From: Nanobdellota archaeon
GTDB taxonomy: Archaea > Nanobdellota > Nanobdellia > Woesearchaeales > GW2011-AR4
Assembly: GCA_038046685.1 (NCBI GenBank)
Contig: JBBSVT010000007.1
Location: forward strand, 1-59,043
DNA: 59,043 nt
Direction of reading: 5' to 3'
In this document: positions 16,829-27,979 of the stretch, in pieces
Layout of the letters: each line of letters opens with the position of its first letter
Numbering within the stretch: the stretch's first letter is position 1
The notes under the pieces: model-generated
Told to the model about the DNA's origin: nothing
The model's input: only the letters and a program-made list of their open reading frames with translations
Database searches by the model: none
Program-made: the position numbers and the translations under genes

Positions 16829-17569
16829 TTATCTGTTAATCAAGCTCGCAAAATATCCTGCTCCAAAGCCATTGTCTATGTTTACGACAACAACCCCAGG
16901 AGAGCATGAATTAAGCATCGTCAATAATGGCGCAATCCCATTAAAGGATGCCCCATAGCCAACAGATGTAGGCACTGCCACAATCGGCTTTTCAAAAAGC
17001 CCGGAAACAACGCTTGGCAAAACACCGTCCATGCCGGCAACAACTACAAGCACATTTGCACTCGATAATTTTTCTTTATTGCTTAATAACCTATGCAGTC
17101 CTGCAACCCCAACATCGTAAAGCCTTTCAACTTTGTTGCCCATTGTTTCTGCTACAACTGCTGCCTCTTCAGCCACGCTTATGTCAGATGTACCTGCACT
17201 CAAAACAATGATTTTGCCTTTCTTCAGCGTCCTGTTTTTATTTACAATTATTGTTCTTGAAGTTTTGTTGTATTTTGCATTTTTGATATGCCTTTTGACA
17301 GCCCTAAACATCTCTTCTGTTGCCCTTGTTGCAATAACCATACCTCCATCTTCAGCCAATTTCTTGACAATGCCGACAACCTGCTCATTGGTTTTATTCT
17401 GGCAGAATACGGCCTCTGGAAAACCTTTTCTCAAAGCCCTATGCGTATCCAATTTGGCGAAACCCAAATCCTCGAATGGAACAAACTTCATTTTTCTTAT
17501 GGCTTTGGCTATGCTTATCTTTTTATTCCTCACTTCAAGCAATATATCGCTAATTTTCCGCTCGTACAT
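16829..17569 (-). CDS. larB: pyridinium-3,5-biscarboxylic acid mononucleotide synthase LarB (AIR carboxylase-like)
   Basis: IVLSAGTSDISVAEEAAVVAETMG and VVAGMDGVLPSVVSGL are typical of LarB. Confidence 0.85.
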   Translation of the reverse strand: MYERKISDILLEVRNKKISIAKAIRKMKFVPFEDLGFAKLDTHRALRKGFPEAVFCQNKTNEQVVGIVKKLAEDGGMVIATRATEEMFRAVKRHIKNAKYNKTSRTIIVNKNRTLKKGKIIVLSAGTSDISVAEEAAVVAETMGNKVERLYDVGVAGLHRLLSNKEKLSSANVLVVVAGMDGVLPSVVSGLFEKPIVAVPTSVGYGASFNGIAPLLTMLNSCSPGVVVVNIDNGFGAGYFASLINR

Positions 17570-18365
17570 TTAGCATCAAGTTTAAGGAACCGCTTCTAAA
17601 ATTTGATATAGCCACTTCGGCAAACCCAATGTCACGGAATTTTTGCTGAATCAAATGAAAATTATCCTCAGCAATTTTTCTTCCTGATTCGCTTGCTTCG
17701 ATTTTCGCCAAATTACCAAAATGCCTCACTCTCAATTCCCTGATTCCCAAACCTTTCAGGAAATTTTCTGCTTCCTCTATCATTGCCAGTTTTTTTAATG
17801 TTATCTCTTGTCCATAAGGCACTCGGGAAGATAAGCAGGGGCTGCTTGGCTTGTCCCAGATTTTCAGGCCAAGATGATTTGCTAATTTCCTCACATCATT
17901 TTTTGTGAATTTTGCAGCCACTAAAGGGCTGGTCACATTATTTTCATCTGCAGCCAAGAGCCCTGGCCTGTAATCGTCTAAGTCGTCAAAATTTGTCCCA
18001 TTAATTATATTTTTTATTCCTAGTTCCTGCGAAACAGTTTTTAGCTTTGCATAAAGTTCTGATTTGCAGTGATAGCATCTGTTGCTGGGATTTTTTAGGT
18101 AGCTTTGGTTTTCTGTTTCTTTTGTGGTTATCACAATATGTCTTGCGCCAATTTGCTGCACAATTTCCCTTGCCTCATTTAACTCTCTTTTTGGTAAAGA
18201 AGGGCTGTCTGCTGTTACTGCAATAACCTTATTCCCCAATACATCATAAGCAACTTTAAGGACCAAAGCACTGTCAATGCCTCCTGAAAAAGCGACAATT
18301 CCTCTACCTAATCTCTCTATTATTTCCCTTAAATGCTTATATTTCTGGTTTAGTTCCTTATTCAT
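17550..18365 (-). CDS. larE: ATP-dependent sacrificial sulfur transferase LarE (PP-loop ATPase)
   Basis: A PP-loop (VAFSGGIDSALV), CYHCK and PSSPCLSSRVPYG are present. Confidence 0.85.
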   Translation of the reverse strand: MNKELNQKYKHLREIIERLGRGIVAFSGGIDSALVLKVAYDVLGNKVIAVTADSPSLPKRELNEAREIVQQIGARHIVITTKETENQSYLKNPSNRCYHCKSELYAKLKTVSQELGIKNIINGTNFDDLDDYRPGLLAADENNVTSPLVAAKFTKNDVRKLANHLGLKIWDKPSSPCLSSRVPYGQEITLKKLAMIEEAENFLKGLGIRELRVRHFGNLAKIEASESGRKIAEDNFHLIQQKFRDIGFAEVAISNFRSGSLNLMLNVRAEN

Positions 18366-18374
18366 ACTAGAATC

Positions 18375-19061
18375 CTACGCAAATATTGTATTATACATTA
18401 TGCCTAGTCCAATTATAGTGCTGACAGAACCGATGCCTAATCTTAACAATTTTTGGATTTCACCAAGTTTGTTTGTAATAAGGGTCAAAGGCAACAACAC
18501 TACACTACTAATTAGAACCATGCCAATTATTGAGCCAATTCCGAATATTAAGACATAAATTAATCCCAACCAAATTGAATTTATAGAGCTTAAAACTAAC
18601 AGGGTTAGAGCAGCGCTGCCTGTTAAGCCATGCATAATGCCAATAAATAAAGATTTATTTAATGGCAAATGCTCATGACTATGATGCTTTGCCGATTTAT
18701 GTGAATGAAAATGGATATGCTCTATCTCTGCATGCTTATGCTTATGCAAATGCATCTTGTTTCTATTCATTGTTGCCAGAACATTTAAGCCTAAAACAAC
18801 AAGCATAAGCCCAACTATAAACTCAAATGATAACGATATTTTCCTAGGGACTGGTATCTTAAGTAATAGGACTATTAACCCGACGACAAGTAATGAAATT
18901 GTATGACCAAAACCCCAAAACATTCCTAACAATGTGGATTTCTTGATTGATTTGTGGTTGGATACTAAAGTGGAAATGGCAGCAATGTGGTCAGCGTCAA
19001 AGGCATGCTTTATTCCAGAGATAAGTCCAAAGCCCAGCAAAGTTAATAGCACAGTATCCAT
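18375..19061 (-). CDS. NiCoT/NicO-family nickel (cobalt) transporter
   Basis: It is a 228-aa polytopic membrane protein. It carries an H-x4-DH signature (KHAFDADHIAAI) and a His-rich loop (HLHKHKHAEIEHIHFHSHKSAKHHSHEH). Confidence 0.75.
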   Translation of the reverse strand: MDTVLLTLLGFGLISGIKHAFDADHIAAISTLVSNHKSIKKSTLLGMFWGFGHTISLLVVGLIVLLLKIPVPRKISLSFEFIVGLMLVVLGLNVLATMNRNKMHLHKHKHAEIEHIHFHSHKSAKHHSHEHLPLNKSLFIGIMHGLTGSAALTLLVLSSINSIWLGLIYVLIFGIGSIIGMVLISSVVLLPLTLITNKLGEIQKLLRLGIGSVSTIIGLGIMYNTIFA

Positions 19062-19158
19062 TCTATGCCATTGTTGTGCAACTATATTTATAAATATTAC
19101 GTTTTTTGTAATCGTGTTACGAAAATTATTTAAACTGTGAAAAATTTTTCATAATAAG

Positions 19159-19548
19159 ATGGACAAAGTAGCAAGGACCGGAATATCATTCGAACCAAAG
19201 CTATTGAAATTGTTTGATAAATTTATAAAAGAGAGGGGCTACACTAACAGGTCAGAGGCAATTAATGACATCATTAGGGAAAGCCTTGTTCATAGACATG
19301 AAAACCAAATTGTTGGGACTATCAAAGTAGTTTATGACCAAAGGGTTGGGCATTATGGCAAAAATGTCTCTAGCTTGCAGCATGACTATCACTGCCAGAT
19401 TGTTTCTTCAATGCATACTTATCTTGACCATCATACATGCTTGGAATTAATCATTGTAAAAGGAAGAATGGATAGGATTAAAAAATTGCTGGAGAAAATT
19501 AAAAGGACAGATGGTGTTAAGAAAGCAGCTATAATTTTGGAGAAGTAA
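19159..19548 (+). CDS. nikR: nickel-responsive regulator NikR (RHH plus ACT-like domain)
   Basis: The N-terminal RHH is ARTGISFEPKLLKLFDKFIKERGYTNRSEAINDIIRESL. The C-terminal domain has conserved His/Cys residues (HDYHCQ, HTYLDHH). It is divergent from the Ni transporter and lar operon. Confidence 0.85.
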   Translation: MDKVARTGISFEPKLLKLFDKFIKERGYTNRSEAINDIIRESLVHRHENQIVGTIKVVYDQRVGHYGKNVSSLQHDYHCQIVSSMHTYLDHHTCLELIIVKGRMDRIKKLLEKIKRTDGVKKAAIILEK

Positions 19549-19590
19549 AAACAATAGATTAATAAATCTTTTTTGTTTCTGTTTATTTTA

Positions 19591-19947
19591 ATGGGAATAT
19601 ATGATTCATTGAGTGGTAAAGTTGTAATTGGATTAGCAGAAAAAGTTGGCATTTACCACCATAATGGTAAGAAAAATGCCGTTGCAAAAATTGATACAGG
19701 AGCAACGAAGAGCTCTATTGACACTAATCTCGCGACAGAATTGAAGCTCGGGCCAGTAATAAAATCAAAACTGGTCAAATCCGCGCATGGCTCAAAACTA
19801 AGACCAATTATTGAGGCAACAATTGAGTTAGCTGGCAAAAAAATCAAATCAGAATTTACATTGGCTGATCGAGCCCATATGAAATACAGAATACTAATCG
19901 GTCAAAATATTTTAAAAGACGGGTTTTTGATTGACCCGACAAAATAA
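19591..19947 (+). CDS. retropepsin-like protease domain protein (DUF785, RimK-associated)
   Basis: AKIDTGATKSSIDTNLA contains the D-T-G aspartic protease-like motif. It lies immediately upstream of rimK, which is the usual arrangement. The first ATG is at 19591. Confidence 0.6.
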   Translation: MGIYDSLSGKVVIGLAEKVGIYHHNGKKNAVAKIDTGATKSSIDTNLATELKLGPVIKSKLVKSAHGSKLRPIIEATIELAGKKIKSEFTLADRAHMKYRILIGQNILKDGFLIDPTK

Positions 19948-20007
19948 GATTTCAATAAACATAAACTTAAATCAATAAATCTGATTAAAAAATAAACTAA
20001 ACAAAAA

Positions 20008-21081
20008 ATGAAGTCAGCAGTAATGTCCTTGGGGAGCAAAAGCTCGTTAATGATAATTGAAGCTATGAAAAACTATTTTGATTTTGTGGACAATATTGAC
20101 TTAAGAGATGTCGAAGTTAATCTAGGGGCTGGAAAATTGGATGTTTTATACGAAGGAAAGCAATTGTCACAATACAGCTGCATTTATGCAAGAGGCTCAT
20201 TCAGGTATGCCCCTTTGCTGAGGTCTGTAACCAGAACTTTGTATCGTTCATCCTATATGCCGATAAAGCCGGAAACATTTACATTGGGGCATGATAAGTT
20301 GTTGACACATTTGGCATTGCAGCATTTTAATATTCCAATGCCATCAACTTATCTTGCCTCATCAACAAGAGCAGCAAAAAAGGTTTTAAATGAGGTTAAT
20401 TATCCAATAGTTTTAAAGTTCCCTCATGGCACGCAAGGAAAAGGCGTGATGTTTGCAGAGAGTTATGCTGCAGCATCATCTATGCTTGATGCGCTGATAG
20501 CCTTAAAGCAGCCGTTCCTTATTCAGGAATACATAGAGACAGGTGGAGTAGATGTCAGGGCTTTTGTTGTAGGCGATAAAGTTGCAGCGTCAATGAAAAG
20601 AAGGGCTGTTCGAGGCGAATTAAGGGCCAATATTCATGCAGGAGGCACAGGTGAAGCTTGTGTACTTGACCAAAACACAAAAAGGATAGCGATTGACACC
20701 GCAACTTCAATTGGCGCTGAGATTTGTGCGGTGGATATGCTTGAAAGCCCGAAAGGGCCGCTTGTTATAGAGGCAAATTTAAGTCCCGGATTGCAGGGCA
20801 TTACAAAAGCCACCAGCATTAATGTTGCTGATAAAATCGCAAAATACCTTTTTGAAAAATCAGAGATATTTTCCGCAAGAGACAGGGATGAAGCAACCCT
20901 TAAGATTTTTGAAGACTTGGGATTAAGTGGAGAGATAGCTCAGCAAATAATAACAAATCTTGATTTCAGAGGTGATAGGATTTTACTGCCAAAAATTGTC
21001 ACAGGAATTGCACAATTTGGAGAGAAGGATGAAGTGGTTTTGAAGGTTGAGAAAGGGAAGATTAGCGTGGAGAGGATTTGA
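20008..21081 (+). CDS. rimK: RimK-family ATP-grasp alpha-L-glutamate ligase
   Basis: The ATP-grasp layout includes VLKFPHGTQGKGV, IQEYIE, DVRAFVVGDKV and AVDMLES...VIEANLSPG. Confidence 0.8.
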   Translation: MKSAVMSLGSKSSLMIIEAMKNYFDFVDNIDLRDVEVNLGAGKLDVLYEGKQLSQYSCIYARGSFRYAPLLRSVTRTLYRSSYMPIKPETFTLGHDKLLTHLALQHFNIPMPSTYLASSTRAAKKVLNEVNYPIVLKFPHGTQGKGVMFAESYAAASSMLDALIALKQPFLIQEYIETGGVDVRAFVVGDKVAASMKRRAVRGELRANIHAGGTGEACVLDQNTKRIAIDTATSIGAEICAVDMLESPKGPLVIEANLSPGLQGITKATSINVADKIAKYLFEKSEIFSARDRDEATLKIFEDLGLSGEIAQQIITNLDFRGDRILLPKIVTGIAQFGEKDEVVLKVEKGKISVERI

Positions 21082-21082
21082 T

Positions 21083-21697
21083 ATGAAAAGGTTCACATGG
21101 ATTATTTTAGGAATTTTTTCTTTAATAATCTCTGTAATTATAAATTTTAACACAACCTCTCTCAAGTTATTTCTTATAACTTTAATTATTTTTAGTTTGA
21201 TAAGTTTTGGAATTTTTATATTGTTAATAAAATTAATTCAAAATATTAGGAATAAGCAAGTTGCCAAATCTGCAATATTTGGTATCAGTCTCATTGTAGC
21301 TGTTTCATTTGCGGTTGTTTTATATCTTGCATATTCAATTGTTTTCTTTTTTTGCACTGCGGCAAACCAACCTTATTTTGGCACTAATGTTTTTACCGGA
21401 AAATGTGGCTATTTCTACAGTCAAGGATGCGACCATAAACTTTGGTATCATAAATATGGATGTTCTCCAGAGGAAAAATTAGATGCGTTCAAGAACTCAA
21501 GGTATTACAAATATGATAAACATAATCAAGATAGATTTCAGTACAGATTAGAGCAATGCAATTCTTTTTGTCAAGATGTAAATCCTGAAAGAAACAATAA
21601 AGAGATACTTCAAGGGAAATTTTGTGAAACCAGTAGAGAATGGCATGGAATTGAATGTGAACTAATTGTAAAATGCGATAAGTTTAATTGCTCTTAA
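21083..21697 (+). CDS. membrane protein with a Cys-rich C-terminal domain
   Basis: The ATG at 21083 lies 1 nt after the rimK stop. There are three TM segments followed by a roughly 110-aa domain with 11 Cys. Confidence 0.5.
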   Translation: MKRFTWIILGIFSLIISVIINFNTTSLKLFLITLIIFSLISFGIFILLIKLIQNIRNKQVAKSAIFGISLIVAVSFAVVLYLAYSIVFFFCTAANQPYFGTNVFTGKCGYFYSQGCDHKLWYHKYGCSPEEKLDAFKNSRYYKYDKHNQDRFQYRLEQCNSFCQDVNPERNNKEILQGKFCETSREWHGIECELIVKCDKFNCS

Positions 21698-21791
21698 CTT
21701 TTTTATCTATCTCTTTAAAATCCAGAAACCGCAACTTTTTTATATTAGTTATACTTTATATCTAACTATTATATTTAATATATAACTTAAA

Positions 21792-22016
21792 ATGATAATC
21801 TCAAAAACACGAAAATGGGGAAGCTCTTTGGGGGTAATAATACCCAAAGAAGTTGTAAAAGGACTTAAGTTGAAGGAAAACCAAGATGTTGTTATAGACA
21901 TCAAACCAAAAGAAAATCCGTTAAAGGAATTGTTTGGTATGGGTGCGGGAAAGACTAATAAATCAACTGAAGAACTATTAAAAGAAGTTAGGGGAAAAGA
22001 AAGCAAGTTTTTCTAA
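21792..22016 (+). CDS. AbrB/SpoVT-type antitoxin (VapB-like)
   Basis: The 74-aa ORF reads KTRKWGSSLGVIIPKEVVKGLKLKENQDVVIDIKP. It lies directly upstream of a PIN gene. Confidence 0.7.
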   Translation: MIISKTRKWGSSLGVIIPKEVVKGLKLKENQDVVIDIKPKENPLKELFGMGAGKTNKSTEELLKEVRGKESKFF

Positions 22017-22017
22017 A

Positions 22018-22380
22018 ATGCTGTGCTTAGACACTTATGCTCTAGTTGAAATATGGAAAGCTAATCCTAAGTTCTCTGCAATATTTAATCAAAATTTTGT
22101 GATAACCGACACTACAATGGCTGAATTTTATATCTTTTTATACAAAAACGAAAATGAAAATATAGCTATTGAGTGGCACAACAAGCTGTCTCCTTACTGC
22201 CAATATATAAGCCGAGATATTTTAATAAAAGCTTTAAAATACACGATAAACAATAAAAAAGAAAATTTATCAGTTTTTGATTGCATTAGTTATATTTATG
22301 CCTTAGAAAACAATATAAAATTTGTGACAGGAGATAAATTCTTTGAAGATAAAGAGGGCGTATTATTTATACAAAAATAA
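22018..22380 (+). CDS. PIN-domain toxin (VapC-like)
   Basis: The 120-aa ORF has N-terminal LCLDTYALVE and a later FDCISYIYA...KFVTGDKFF acidic-residue pattern. Confidence 0.65.
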   Translation: MLCLDTYALVEIWKANPKFSAIFNQNFVITDTTMAEFYIFLYKNENENIAIEWHNKLSPYCQYISRDILIKALKYTINNKKENLSVFDCISYIYALENNIKFVTGDKFFEDKEGVLFIQK

Positions 22381-22382
22381 AA

Positions 22383-23645
<1,263 letters not shown>

Positions 23646-23694
23646 TTATTTAAAGGTTTTTATTTAATTAATTTCTAAAATTTTCACCATTTTA

Positions 23695-24015
23695 TTAGCC
23701 TAAAAATTCAATTTTAAGTGATTTCGGGCTTAAGGCTTCGATTTTAACCTTTTTCCCAATTTTTGCACCAAAATCTTGAAGTCTATCGGGCAGAGTTAAT
23801 CCCATTGAATTTCCTATTTTTATTATTTTTCTTTCTGTGTCAACTAATTGGTGTAGCTGTTTTAGCTTTGCATATTTCTCAACTTGCTTTCTTGTTAATG
23901 TTGTAAAATTGCATTTTGGGCATACCATTGCCTCTGTTTCAAAATTGTCAAATTTTATCCTTTTCTCTATTAAAAACTCTCCACAATCGCATTTTATCTT
24001 CCTTTCTTTGGCCAT
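23695..24015 (-). CDS. zinc-ribbon plus AbrB/SpoVT-domain antitoxin-like protein
   Basis: CDCG...CPKC forms a zinc ribbon. C-terminal IIKIGNSMGLTLPDRL is an AbrB-type swapped hairpin. Confidence 0.55.
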   Translation of the reverse strand: MAKERKIKCDCGEFLIEKRIKFDNFETEAMVCPKCNFTTLTRKQVEKYAKLKQLHQLVDTERKIIKIGNSMGLTLPDRLQDFGAKIGKKVKIEALSPKSLKIEFLG

Positions 24016-24254
24016 ACTGTTTTCACCTCAATGAAGTTGTTATGGTTTCTTACGATTACCGCGTAAGTGATTTTTTCTTTGCCAAAATACCTTTTAAAGC
24101 AAAGTTTATTTGGTTTTTCACACTTTTCTTCAAACAACTTGCCTGTCCTAACTGCTTCTTCAATTTTATCTAAGTCAAGATTCCAATATTCCTTTCTGTC
24201 AAACAAATGTGGATCGAATGTAATCTTTGCTTTCTTTCTGATTAACCTATTCAT
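23994..24254 (-). CDS. DUF4258-like toxin candidate
   Basis: The 86-aa ORF overlaps the downstream antitoxin-like gene by 22 nt. The pattern ITFDPHLFDRKEY...IEEAVRTGKLFEE...YAVIVRNHNNFIEVKTVW is typical of DUF4258. Confidence 0.4.
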   Translation of the reverse strand: MNRLIRKKAKITFDPHLFDRKEYWNLDLDKIEEAVRTGKLFEEKCEKPNKLCFKRYFGKEKITYAVIVRNHNNFIEVKTVWPKKGR

Positions 24255-24396
24255 TAAATCTCCAATCCACCTAAATAGCCCCTTTTGTTATAACTTATGT
24301 TATAATATATATTTAAACTTTTTGTTTGGAAGGAGTTTTTAGTTAAAGGTTTTGAAATGCAAAACTATAAATAATGAATGAATTTACTGCATAGTT

Positions 24397-25116
24397 GTGA
24401 AAAATTCATTGACTTTAGAGGAACGTGCGCAAATCAGTAGTAACTTTGATAGGTTCATGGGACATGATGTTAAAAATATAGGGGCAATACTACAATCACA
24501 AATTGAGTTAGGTGCTTCAGGTTCGGACTGGACTTATGGTCCTGAAAAGATACTGAAATTTTGGAATCACTATAATGCTTTTATTAATTCACTATCCTAT
24601 TTGTTTAAAGATGAGAGTTATTTACAACGAGCCGATCCAAGTTGGCTAGAAGATAAAATGGAAGATATGAATGAGGCTTTTGCCAAATTGAAAAAACCAC
24701 CTATAGTTCATTATGACAGCTTCGGTAAAAGTTTTTCGACATTTCCTCCTGTCTTGTATACTGCAATGTACCACTTAGCTTACAACAGCTCAAGATTTGT
24801 AAACCCCCAAGGCGAAATAAATGTCACAATGTCTGGATTTTCAGGACATGTTGACAGGGCTTTATATTCGCCTGATGATGGCTCTGAACGCGATGATTTT
24901 GTAGTTCTAACTGTGCGGGACAATGGGCAAGGTTTTCCACAGGATATACTTCTTGATAGTCTTCTTAAGTTCAATCTCACAAAAGAGAAAAGTGGAGGAT
25001 TTGGCTTACCCTATGTTGCTTTAGCATGCAAATTATTAAGAAGCCATTTGACTATTGAGTCAAGTCCAGGCAATACAAGAGTTTCAATTTATCACCCTCT
25101 AAACCTGAAGGATTAA
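24397..25116 (+). CDS. orphan soluble histidine kinase core (HisKA-like H box plus HATPase_c)
   Basis: The H box is FMGHDVKN. The N/G boxes are LTVRDNGQGFPQD and GGFGLPYV. It has a GTG start, no TM or sensor domain, and no response regulator nearby. Confidence 0.65.
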   Translation: MKNSLTLEERAQISSNFDRFMGHDVKNIGAILQSQIELGASGSDWTYGPEKILKFWNHYNAFINSLSYLFKDESYLQRADPSWLEDKMEDMNEAFAKLKKPPIVHYDSFGKSFSTFPPVLYTAMYHLAYNSSRFVNPQGEINVTMSGFSGHVDRALYSPDDGSERDDFVVLTVRDNGQGFPQDILLDSLLKFNLTKEKSGGFGLPYVALACKLLRSHLTIESSPGNTRVSIYHPLNLKD

Positions 25117-25487
25117 TTTAAGTTTCATAACTCTATGCTTCGAAAAAATAGATTTTTAAGCAAACAAATACAGTCTTGATGCAATAATAATATTTACTTT
25201 CCATATCGAGAATAATATTATTTTTATATAGAAAAGTTTATATGCATGTCAATTAAAAAGACATGGTGATGCCACAACAACAAAGCAAAAATCAACAAAA
25301 TCCAGAAACAAAGCAAGTTGATGACTCTCAACTTCATTGATTTTGGAAACTCACGACAAAATGGTGGTTTTTTCTAGTATTTTATTTTGGGCTGGGAGTA
25401 ATAAATTCTTTAATAATAGTATTATTAGGAAATGAGGTTGTATCTGTTTTAGCATTTATTCTAATACTAGTATTTTCTTTATTAGAC

Positions 25488-25754
25488 ATGCCTACAGGTA
25501 TTTTTTATTTTTTTTACAAATTATCTGGATTTAAAGTGAGAATTGACCCCATTGGTATCGTATATTCCTTAATATTTCATTTAATTTTTATAATTTCATT
25601 ACTTGCTATACCATATTTTAAGCACAAAAAGGGAAAAGTACTCAGATGGTTAATTATAACTTTAATTTTTTTGATAATATTATTTTTTATAGGTTCTACT
25701 TTTGGTAGGATAACAAATACGAATTACTATATACCCCCTCGTTTAGTATACTAA
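25488..25754 (+). CDS. small membrane protein
   Basis: The 88-aa ORF is hydrophobic. Its frame stays open and hydrophobic upstream to about 25350 without an ATG, so the start is uncertain. Confidence 0.35.
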   Translation: MPTGIFYFFYKLSGFKVRIDPIGIVYSLIFHLIFIISLLAIPYFKHKKGKVLRWLIITLIFLIILFFIGSTFGRITNTNYYIPPRLVY

Positions 25755-25858
25755 GATAAGCTATCTTTTCCAATAATAGGATGGTTCTTTAAAAATTCAG
25801 TTGATTTTTTAGATAACCATATGGTAACCAAAAAGTTTATATAGTAATACGTGTTACC

Positions 25859-26476
25859 ATGATCATGGTCAAGAAACAACAAACAGAAGTTGTGGAGTTA
25901 AAATCAAAGTTCCAGGAATTAAATGAAGGGTATCAAAAAGTGCTTCTCTGGTTCTTTTCTTTTCCTTCTCAACAGATGAGTCTTACAGACCTAGCAGATA
26001 ACCTTAATATTTCAAAGACTACTGCAAACAGAATTGTAACCATGCTTGAAAAAGAAGGATTTCTTATAAAGGATGTTTTAGGTAAAGTATGGCGCATTTC
26101 ATGCAACCAGCAGCATATATACAACTTCTCAAAGAAAATCGCTTATAATCTTATCATGGTGTATGAATCTCCACTTATTCAAGCAATACGCGATTTCATG
26201 CAAAATGAATTTAAACAGAATCCAAGGGTACTCATATTGTTCGGCAGTTATAGAAAAGGAGATGACACCGAGAAAAGTGATATTGATATAGCTATTGAAA
26301 TACTTGGAAACCAGAGTTTATCGATTCATGAATTCCGTATTTTTCCACAATTCGGCTACAGGAAAAATGTAAAAGTTAATCTTCACATTTTTACCCGTAA
26401 TAACGTTGATCTGAATTTATTCTCTAATATAGCAAATGGAATTGTTCTGGAAGGATTTTTGGAGGTAAGACCATGA
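25859..26476 (+). CDS. wHTH plus minimal nucleotidyltransferase (MNT-type antitoxin), copy 1
   Basis: The wHTH is MSLTDLADNLNISKTTANRIVTMLEKEGFL. The NTase motif is ILFGSYRKGDDTEKSDIDIAI. It overlaps the HEPN gene by 4 nt. Confidence 0.75.
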   Translation: MIMVKKQQTEVVELKSKFQELNEGYQKVLLWFFSFPSQQMSLTDLADNLNISKTTANRIVTMLEKEGFLIKDVLGKVWRISCNQQHIYNFSKKIAYNLIMVYESPLIQAIRDFMQNEFKQNPRVLILFGSYRKGDDTEKSDIDIAIEILGNQSLSIHEFRIFPQFGYRKNVKVNLHIFTRNNVDLNLFSNIANGIVLEGFLEVRP

Positions 26477-26874
26477 CTATACGATATAAAGTTCCTGACA
26501 AGAAGAATGCGTTGAGTATTATAGAAGCTTCAAAAAGAGATATGAATTATACATTAACCTTAAAACTAGCGGGGGACTCTGGAGGAACCATAGTTCGCAA
26601 TATTTATGAATGTTTTAGGATGCTCGGCGATGCCTTATTAGTCGCAAAAGGAATCAAATCTCAAGACCACATTGAACCTATAAAAGAACTTCTTAAATTA
26701 AAAGTAAACACGCAAAGACCAGTTTACCTTATCGGTAATTTAAGAACACTAAGGCATAACATAAACTATTATGGATATTTTCCAAAACCTGTAGAAGTCG
26801 AAGATGTAATTTCCTTGGCAAGAAGCTGCTTTGAACCATTGTTAGACGCTGTTTTGAAAGAGATTAATAGCTAA
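26473..26874 (+). CDS. HEPN-domain protein, copy 1
   Basis: The 133-aa helical protein has NLRTLRHNINYYGY, matching the R..RN...Y.G HEPN block. Confidence 0.65.
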   Translation: MTIRYKVPDKKNALSIIEASKRDMNYTLTLKLAGDSGGTIVRNIYECFRMLGDALLVAKGIKSQDHIEPIKELLKLKVNTQRPVYLIGNLRTLRHNINYYGYFPKPVEVEDVISLARSCFEPLLDAVLKEINS

Positions 26875-26963
26875 TTATATTAATTTCTTTTCCATACTGA
26901 AAATAGTTCCATTTCTCTATCGCAGGTAGTAAAATTTAAATAATCCAGCGTTTTATCTATGAT

Positions 26964-27977
26964 ATGGCGCAACCAAAATACAAGATTGCAACAATTGGCT
27001 CTCATTCTGCACTGCAAATATTCAAAGGAGCGCACGACGAAGGCTTTCAAACAATCGCGGTATGCAAAAAGGGCTGTGAACGCCCATATAAAATGTTTAA
27101 TGCTGCTGATGAAATTATAAGCATTAATTCTTACAAGGATTTTCCAAAAATTCAGGATCAGCTAATCGAAAGAAATGCGGTTGTTGTACCTCATGGTTCT
27201 TTTGTAACTTACATGGGTTATGAAGAAGTGGAAAAACTTAAGGTTCTTTACTATGGCAACAAAAAAATTCTCAAATGGGAATCTGACAGGTATTTAGAAA
27301 GACAATGGCTGGTTAATTCAGGCTTAAAAGTGCCTTTGCTTTTCAAAAGCCCCAAAGATATAGACAGGCTTGTAATTGTCAAATTTATGGGAGCAGAAGG
27401 TGGAAGAGGATATTTCTTGGCAAAGGATGAGAAGGATTTCAACAAGAAAATCAAGCCGTACAAGTTAAAAAAGTATGTAATTCAAGAATATATAATTGGG
27501 GTTCCTTTATTTATTCATTACTTTTACTCCTCTTTAACAAATGAAATCGAAATAATGGGATGCGACATAAGGTACGAGAGCAATGTGGATTCGCTCGGGA
27601 GAATAACCGCAAGAGACCAAATACTGCTGCCGAAGATCGATCCAAGCTATGTAATTGTAGGCAATATCCCGGTTGTTGTCAGGGAATCATTCCTGCCAAG
27701 ATTGATTGATATGGGAGAAAATGTCGTCAACAAATCAAAAAAACTAGCGCCTCCCGGATTGTTTGGACCTTTTTGCCTTGAAACAATCTTAACACCAGAA
27801 GAAGAGATTTATGTTTTTGAGATTTCAGCAAGGATTGTTGCCGGTACTAATCCATTCATTGAGGGCAGCCCTTATACTTGGCTTAAATATAATATGCCGA
27901 TGTCAACAGGCAGAAGAATTGCGATTGAGATAAAAAAAGCGATTGAAACTGATAAGATGAAAAAGATTTTGGGGTGA
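26964..27977 (+). CDS. purP: 5-formaminoimidazole-4-carboxamide ribonucleotide (FAICAR) synthetase PurP, paralogue 1
   Basis: IATIGSHSALQIFKGAHDEGF and PKDIDRLVIVKF are present, with an ATP-grasp C-terminal half. Confidence 0.85.
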   Translation: MAQPKYKIATIGSHSALQIFKGAHDEGFQTIAVCKKGCERPYKMFNAADEIISINSYKDFPKIQDQLIERNAVVVPHGSFVTYMGYEEVEKLKVLYYGNKKILKWESDRYLERQWLVNSGLKVPLLFKSPKDIDRLVIVKFMGAEGGRGYFLAKDEKDFNKKIKPYKLKKYVIQEYIIGVPLFIHYFYSSLTNEIEIMGCDIRYESNVDSLGRITARDQILLPKIDPSYVIVGNIPVVVRESFLPRLIDMGENVVNKSKKLAPPGLFGPFCLETILTPEEEIYVFEISARIVAGTNPFIEGSPYTWLKYNMPMSTGRRIAIEIKKAIETDKMKKILG

Positions 27978-27979
27978 AA

